From positions 64,001-128,000 of IMG/VR virus record IMGVR_UViG_3300031813_000004: a stretch of 64,000 nucleotides of DNA; one strand, written 5' to 3'. Under the pieces are notes generated by a model that was given only the letters and a program-made list of their open reading frames with translations, did not search any database and was not told the DNA's origin. Source of the DNA: a virus (taxonomy: Duplodnaviria; Caudoviricetes). The position numbers and the translations under genes are program-made. Positions 58,756 to 64,000 of this stretch are shown here, piece by piece (within the stretch, counting starts at the first letter, position 1; every line of letters starts with the position of its first letter).

Positions 58756-58803
58756 AATTAAGGTATTTAATACAATTTTAAAATTGTATTAAATACCTTA
58801 ATT
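58756..58803. repeat. perfect 48-bp palindrome with no spacer
   Basis: aattaaggtatttaatacaatttt|aaaattgtattaaataccttaatt. Confidence 0.9.
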
Positions 58804-58825
58804 AAAAATAAAAGGAGATATTAAA

Positions 58826-59044
58826 ATGAAATATGTTAAAACTATTAGAATTATATTCGATTCAGTGGATGACACATTTGCAAGAAAAACAGATGAAGAA
58901 ATATCAAAACATTTATCAATTGAAATATTAAAATTAGCAGCAACAATTAAAGGATTTAGAGTAGTTGAAAAATTACAACAAATAGAAGATAAGAAACCAC
59001 CCAGACATGTTCATACTAAAAACGAAGGAGAAAAAAATGTTTAA
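58826..59044 (+). CDS. hypothetical protein
   Basis: AAGGAG RBS. Confidence 0.55.
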   Translation: MKYVKTIRIIFDSVDDTFARKTDEEISKHLSIEILKLAATIKGFRVVEKLQQIEDKKPPRHVHTKNEGEKNV

Positions 59045-59129
59045 CAAATTATTAATCCTTATTTTTGCTTTAGCTGTATTTGGTATATCTACATATGCTA
59101 TAATTGACTCATTATATCCTGGAGATTAA
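59037..59129 (+). CDS. single-TM micropeptide (30 aa, not in track)
   Basis: MFNKLLILIFALAVFGISTYAIIDSLYPGD, AAGGAG RBS. Confidence 0.5.
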   Translation: MFNKLLILIFALAVFGISTYAIIDSLYPGD

Positions 59130-59130
59130 C

Positions 59131-59325
59131 ATGGCTGGAATACATAGGAAGACTACTATTTTAACAAACCTTTCTAAAATAATGTTAGAGAAAAATATTA
59201 AATGTTATGAATTAGTAAGTAAATCAGGACTTAATAAATGTACAATATCAAGAGCATTAAAAGGTAAAAGTTTATTAAAAAGGACAGCTGAAATAATCTT
59301 ACAAACAATCGAAGAAAGATTTTAA
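59131..59325 (+). CDS. XRE/Cro-type HTH protein
   Basis: LSKIMLEKNI..YELVSKSGLNKCTISRALKG; ATG 59131 after GGAG. Confidence 0.75.
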   Translation: MAGIHRKTTILTNLSKIMLEKNIKCYELVSKSGLNKCTISRALKGKSLLKRTAEIILQTIEERF

Positions 59326-59340
59326 AAAGGAGAAATAAAA

Positions 59341-59751
59341 ATGAAAAATCTTGATGCGAAAATTATAAATTCTAATGATGAAGAAATTGTTGCACATAGA
59401 TATTTATTAAATGATGGAAGAAGATGCACTGCTTTTTATAAGTGCGGTAATAAAGATATTGCGGAAACCTTAACTAAATTTTTAAATTCAATTAATTCTG
59501 AAAGATTTGATATGACTAGAATACCTCTCCCACTATTACAAGAGATTGTTAATAATCCTAATCAAGAAATTTTTATATATGAAACTGAGGGTGGAAATAT
59601 AATAGCTGCTAAAAAAGTTGATTGGTTTAAAAAAGAAGATCCAATTACTCATAATATAAAAGTTAGTTATGATTTTATAATAAATCCACAAGATAATATG
59701 ACAAAAAATGAACAAGATGAATTTTTTAAATTAGAGATGGTTAAAATATAA
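59341..59751 (+). CDS. hypothetical protein
   Basis: AGGAG RBS. Confidence 0.6.
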   Translation: MKNLDAKIINSNDEEIVAHRYLLNDGRRCTAFYKCGNKDIAETLTKFLNSINSERFDMTRIPLPLLQEIVNNPNQEIFIYETEGGNIIAAKKVDWFKKEDPITHNIKVSYDFIINPQDNMTKNEQDEFFKLEMVKI

Positions 59752-59984
59752 TGGCAAGAAATATTAAAAAAGATTTACAAAAAGTTAATGAAAGAATTAG
59801 CAAAGAAATTAAAAACTTATCAGGGGGTGAACATACCGGACCAGGCCCAAACTATAGAGCTGGAATTGCAAATGAAGGATATGTTGGAGGGTATCAATCA
59901 GCTATAAATGATGTAATTTTAGCTCTTAATAATGTTAAACCACATGATAGATACTATTTTTGGCAAGATTTTGAGGAGAAATAA
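59751..59984 (+). CDS. hypothetical protein
   Basis: TAATG coupling. Confidence 0.6.
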   Translation: MARNIKKDLQKVNERISKEIKNLSGGEHTGPGPNYRAGIANEGYVGGYQSAINDVILALNNVKPHDRYYFWQDFEEK

Positions 59985-60175
59985 AATGGAAGAAAAATTT
60001 GATCACATAAAATGGACTCCTGAAAAAGTTGCTAAATTAGTTAAAGCTGTAAGATCATGTAGAAACTTAGCATATAGCAAGTGTGAATGTTCAAGTCATG
60101 ATTCAGCATATGGATATGAATGTGGCTATTGTAAAATATATTCTGAATTAAATTCAATCTTAAAGGAGAAATAAA

Positions 60176-60433
60176 ATGGCTAATACAATAAAAGACAAAG
60201 CAATTGAATTAGTAAATGAAAAACCAGGTATTAAAATGGTTAAATTAGTTTTAGAATTAACTGAATATAATTTTAAAAATAAATTAGATGCAGATGTTTT
60301 AAGTACAATAGAAAAATTAATTGAAGATGGTGAAATAGTTGAATTAGAATATATTTTATTATCAATGGAATATAGATGTAAATCTCTTTTATTTCCTAAA
60401 GGAACTAGATTCTTAAGAAAGGAGCCAAAATGA
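60176..60433 (+). CDS. winged-helix-like hypothetical protein
   Basis: PGIKM..L...IEKLIEDGEIVELEY; AGGAG RBS. Confidence 0.55.
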   Translation: MANTIKDKAIELVNEKPGIKMVKLVLELTEYNFKNKLDADVLSTIEKLIEDGEIVELEYILLSMEYRCKSLLFPKGTRFLRKEPK

Positions 60434-60921
60434 ATTTTTTTAAGAAAACTATAAATTCAATTGAATCTTTATATTATAATATTAATAATGGTCTTAAAAA
60501 TTTAATTGAATGGTTTCCTGTTGTATGGAAAGATCGAGATTGGGATTCATATTATATTTATAAAGTTATGATATTTAAAATTAAAAAACAAATGAATTCA
60601 ATGGATAAATATGGAATGCATTTATATAAAGATAGAGATTTAAAATATATGAGAATATGTATAGCTTTATTAGAAAGAATCGTAGCTGAAAATTATTTAC
60701 ATGAGAATTATTGGGCTAAGAAAATAGATGAAAGATTTGGAGAATTTAGAATAATTAAAGGAAGAGGTTTTTGTCATGAAAGATGCATAACCGATGAAGA
60801 TAAAAAGTTAGAAAAATATTGGAGTACAAAATCATACAAATTAGCTGACTATTTATTAAAACAAGATTTTGAATTATTTGGTAAAATCTTTGCAAGACAA
60901 TCTAAAAATTGGTGGGACTAA
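60430..60921 (+). CDS. conserved phage hypothetical protein
   Basis: WFPVVWKDRDWD...WWD pattern. Confidence 0.7.
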   Translation: MNFFKKTINSIESLYYNINNGLKNLIEWFPVVWKDRDWDSYYIYKVMIFKIKKQMNSMDKYGMHLYKDRDLKYMRICIALLERIVAENYLHENYWAKKIDERFGEFRIIKGRGFCHERCITDEDKKLEKYWSTKSYKLADYLLKQDFELFGKIFARQSKNWWD

Positions 60922-61133
60922 TATGAAAAGAAGATTTGGAATTAAAAATGGATGTGTTATAGATTTACAAAAGAAAATATCATACCCAATTATTCATTAT
61001 CATTTTTATTGTTACCCAGATTCAAGATTAGATTTAGGAATGTATTTTAATAGAACACCAAATTTTTACATTATAACAAAGAAACAAACATTTCTTAGAG
61101 AAGGTTTGTACATTTGGTAAAAAAGGAGACAAA

Positions 61134-61592
61134 ATGAAATTCAAAGAATTACTCTATTCATTTACACTTGATGAAATTAAAAAAAGAGTTGTTGAATTAT
61201 ATCCTAAAGAATATAAAAATTTACATGGTTATGAACATGTTTATATGATTCTTAAAGATCTAATTCCTTTAGAAACTCAAACTAAAATTTATTTAGAAGA
61301 AGCTTTTGATACATATGATAAAACTTTAAAATATATTAGAGTTTTAGGAAAAGAAAGTCCAAGTGAAGAAGTTCCTGATGGGTTATGGGCTTTAGGATTT
61401 ACTGAATGGAATGAATGGTTAGGAATGGAAATCGAAGGTACAACTCTTGGAATGTTCCCTAAATTAGATATAGTATGTCATTCTTTATGGGAAATGACAT
61501 TTTATTCTTGGTCTGATAAAGGAATTGTAAATGAAAGAATTAAATTTCTTGAAAATCATAATGAATTAAAAGGAGATGAAAATGAAATTTAA
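61134..61592 (+). CDS. DUF6557-like hypothetical protein
   Basis: WAL.F..W.EWLGM.I...IVCH.LWEMTFY. Confidence 0.55.
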   Translation: MKFKELLYSFTLDEIKKRVVELYPKEYKNLHGYEHVYMILKDLIPLETQTKIYLEEAFDTYDKTLKYIRVLGKESPSEEVPDGLWALGFTEWNEWLGMEIEGTTLGMFPKLDIVCHSLWEMTFYSWSDKGIVNERIKFLENHNELKGDENEI

Positions 61593-61998
61593 ATTAATGA
61601 TTGGCTTATTATTAGTATCGAATATTGCATCAGCAGAACCTTTTTGTGGGTTTGAAATAGTTAATGATAATTATTGTAATGGAATTTATAGACAAAAACA
61701 ATGCCCACAAACTGAATTAATTAAATACTATAAAAATTTACAAGGTTGTGTTACACAAGAAGAATTTAGATTTATTAGTAAACCAATTGAAGATTATAAA
61801 CAAGGATCTAATTTAATAACTTCTGATGATTATCGAAAAGAAGCTAACAAAATAGATGCTAAAGAACTAAATGATACTAAAATTAATAATATATTTCATA
61901 GATTTAACCAGGAAGGAGTTTGTGATCCAGAACAACAATATAAAGGAAATTTAATATTTATTAATATTTCAACTTCTGGGTGGAGGGTAAAAAAATGA
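61576..61998 (+). CDS. secreted hypothetical protein
   Basis: signal peptide MKFKLMIGLLLVSNIASA. Confidence 0.6.
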   Translation: MKMKFKLMIGLLLVSNIASAEPFCGFEIVNDNYCNGIYRQKQCPQTELIKYYKNLQGCVTQEEFRFISKPIEDYKQGSNLITSDDYRKEANKIDAKELNDTKINNIFHRFNQEGVCDPEQQYKGNLIFINISTSGWRVKK

Positions 61999-63848
61999 CA
62001 TTGCTGCCTGAGAAGTTAGAAATAATTAGAAAACATAATCAATTATATAGAGATGGTATTCCAGAAATATCAGATGAAGAATATGATAATATGTTATATG
62101 GTGTTGAAAAAGAAATGACTAAAGAATCATTTATACAATTTAAAAATAGTTTAGCTGAAAAACCTGGAGATGTTAAATTAAATTATATTGTAGGATCATT
62201 AGATAAATTAAAATATGAAGAACCAGATAAATTTTTTAAATGGTTAATAAGAGAAAAAATAAAAGAATTATTTATATCAGCTAAAATAGATGGTTGTTCT
62301 TTTGTAGCTTCTTATTTTAATCATTTATTAATATCATGTTCATCTAAAGGTGATGGAGATGAAGGAACTGATTGGTTAGATAAAGCAAGACATATATTAC
62401 CAAATAGAATCGTTTATGAAGGGCCATTGGATATTAGAGGAGAATTTACTTTAACAGAAGATTCTCATGAAGAATTAGGATTTAAAAATAGAAGAAATGG
62501 AACTGTAGGTATAATGAATCGAGATACAATAGATGATAGTATTAACCATGTTAAAGCTTATACATATCAAGTATTGAATTATAATTGGAATATTTATGAT
62601 CAATTTAATTTTTTAAAAAAATATTTTCAAGTTGCTGCTTGGTTTAATCCTATGGTAAAAGCTACAGATAAATCTCTAGTTGAAATTTTAAAAAATATCT
62701 ATATTGACATGAAAGTGAATTTACCATATGATATAGATGGTTTAGTTATGTCAGCCCCAGATTGGAAAAATGAAAACGATCAATTTTGTCCTAAAGGTAA
62801 AATATCTTTTAAAGTTAATTCAGAAGGGTATGAATCAATAGTTTTACAAATGGAAGATAATGTTGGAAAACAAAGAAACATAACTCCAGTAGCTATAATA
62901 CAACCTATAGAAATAGATGGGTCAACTGTATCAAGAGTTTCATGTTATAATTATAAAGAAGTTGTTACAAGAGGTATAGGTATAGGTGCTAAAGTTTTAG
63001 TTATAAAAAGTGGTGCAATCATACCAAAAATAATTAAAGTCGTAGAACGAGTTAATGCAATTACTCCAACTGTATGCCCAGAATGTGGGTCTAGAATTGA
63101 ATGGGATGAAAATCAAGTTCAATTAATGTGTATTAATGAACTATGTGGAGAATTAAAAAGAGTTACTTATTTTATTAAAACAATTGGAATTGAATTTGTT
63201 TCTGACAAACGTCTTAAAGAATGGGGTATTAATACCTTTGATAATTTACTTAAGTTTTATCCTGACTCTAAATACAAAAGTCAAATCGACTTTTACAATA
63301 GCTTATTAGATAAAGTTTTTAGAAATAATAAAATAAATATAATTAGAAGTTTTTCTTGTAAAAATTTAGGTACTACAAATTTTGATAAATTATTAGAATA
63401 TCATAATGGAGATTTACCAAGTGTAATGGCTATGTTTCATTCATTATATTATAGTCCAGTTAATTTTGATGAAAGAAAATTACCTCAAGGTATAGGAATA
63501 TTAACACTTCTAAATGCAACAAATGATTGGTTTAATAATATGGAAATCTTTAGAATGATAATGGAAGATGAAAGATATAGAGAACCAAAACAAGAAATTA
63601 AAATAGTTAAAGAATTATCTTCTAATAAATTAAAAGGAACCTTTTTATTAACTGGAACTTTATCACAATCAAGAAAATACTTTGAAGAATTAATTAAAGA
63701 TAACGGAGGTGAAATTATAAGTTCAGTTTCTAAAAATTTAAATTATTTATTAGTAGGAATTGATGCAGGTAGTAAATTAGATAAAGCTAAAAAGATATCA
63801 TCTATTAAAATAATTAATGAAAAACAGTTTATGGATATGATAAATTAA
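61995..63848 (+). CDS. ligA: NAD-dependent DNA ligase
   Basis: ISD.EYD, KIDG, IRGE, N.RN, YDIDGLV, Zn finger CPECG..C..C, C-terminal BRCT (TGTL..SR..., GSKLDKA). Confidence 0.95.
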   Translation: MTLLPEKLEIIRKHNQLYRDGIPEISDEEYDNMLYGVEKEMTKESFIQFKNSLAEKPGDVKLNYIVGSLDKLKYEEPDKFFKWLIREKIKELFISAKIDGCSFVASYFNHLLISCSSKGDGDEGTDWLDKARHILPNRIVYEGPLDIRGEFTLTEDSHEELGFKNRRNGTVGIMNRDTIDDSINHVKAYTYQVLNYNWNIYDQFNFLKKYFQVAAWFNPMVKATDKSLVEILKNIYIDMKVNLPYDIDGLVMSAPDWKNENDQFCPKGKISFKVNSEGYESIVLQMEDNVGKQRNITPVAIIQPIEIDGSTVSRVSCYNYKEVVTRGIGIGAKVLVIKSGAIIPKIIKVVERVNAITPTVCPECGSRIEWDENQVQLMCINELCGELKRVTYFIKTIGIEFVSDKRLKEWGINTFDNLLKFYPDSKYKSQIDFYNSLLDKVFRNNKINIIRSFSCKNLGTTNFDKLLEYHNGDLPSVMAMFHSLYYSPVNFDERKLPQGIGILTLLNATNDWFNNMEIFRMIMEDERYREPKQEIKIVKELSSNKLKGTFLLTGTLSQSRKYFEELIKDNGGEIISSVSKNLNYLLVGIDAGSKLDKAKKISSIKIINEKQFMDMIN

Positions 63849-64000
63849 CTATGGTTTAGTGTTTTGTATTTACTATGGTTTAGTGTAGATAATATTTATT
63901 AACTATATTTTTGAGGTGCACTATGCCTAGAGATTATGATACTCCGTTTGGGGGTATGTCACTTGCTAAAGTGGCTCAAGAAATGGGAATTAAGAAGTCT

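Noticed and set aside
63848-63886. 15-bp direct repeat actatggtttagtgt x2 at 24-bp period
   Set aside because: Two copies near the window edge; insufficient to call an operator or origin
1-64000. Stop-codon reassignment (suggested by two in-frame TAA)
   Set aside because: TAA is the dominant terminator, and long conserved genes read intact in code 11 with TAG/TGA also ending genes
1-64000. CRISPR array, tRNA or rRNA genes
   Set aside because: No repeat-spacer periodicity or cloverleaf/T-loop signatures seen by eye; tRNAscan was not run

Overview
AT-rich segment of a large contractile-tailed (jumbo myovirus-like) phage genome in the standard genetic code. Virion-morphogenesis blocks (T4-like large terminase, tape measure with C-terminal lytic transglycosylase, baseplate wedge/hub, gp25, tail chaperone, tube, sheath, long fibre) alternate with + strand islands of small accessory genes. 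These include a CCA-adding enzyme, RlaP-type nucleotidyltransferase, Pth2, HD proteins, nucleases, a metallophosphoesterase and an NAD-dependent ligase. Most notable: (1) a tandem array of 20 diverged 4-Cys microprotein paralogs (C-x2-C-x6-D[EK]L-x5-C) at 41.5-46.1 kb, plus 4 satellite copies; (2) six paralogous 'acidic N-domain / basic linker / TM helix / Cys-helical hairpin' proteins embedded among tail genes; (3) an exactly spaced bipartite motif TTAAGRATWC-N9-CTATATATATTAATTA (4 copies), each back-to-back with an AGAACA-type motif heading structural operons; (4) a lone 46% GC, T-poor gene with its own promoter and terminator; (5) a tail fibre with a Sec-type signal peptide; (6) a candidate +1 frameshift in the tail chaperone. 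All family assignments come from motif recognition by eye; no database searches were run.
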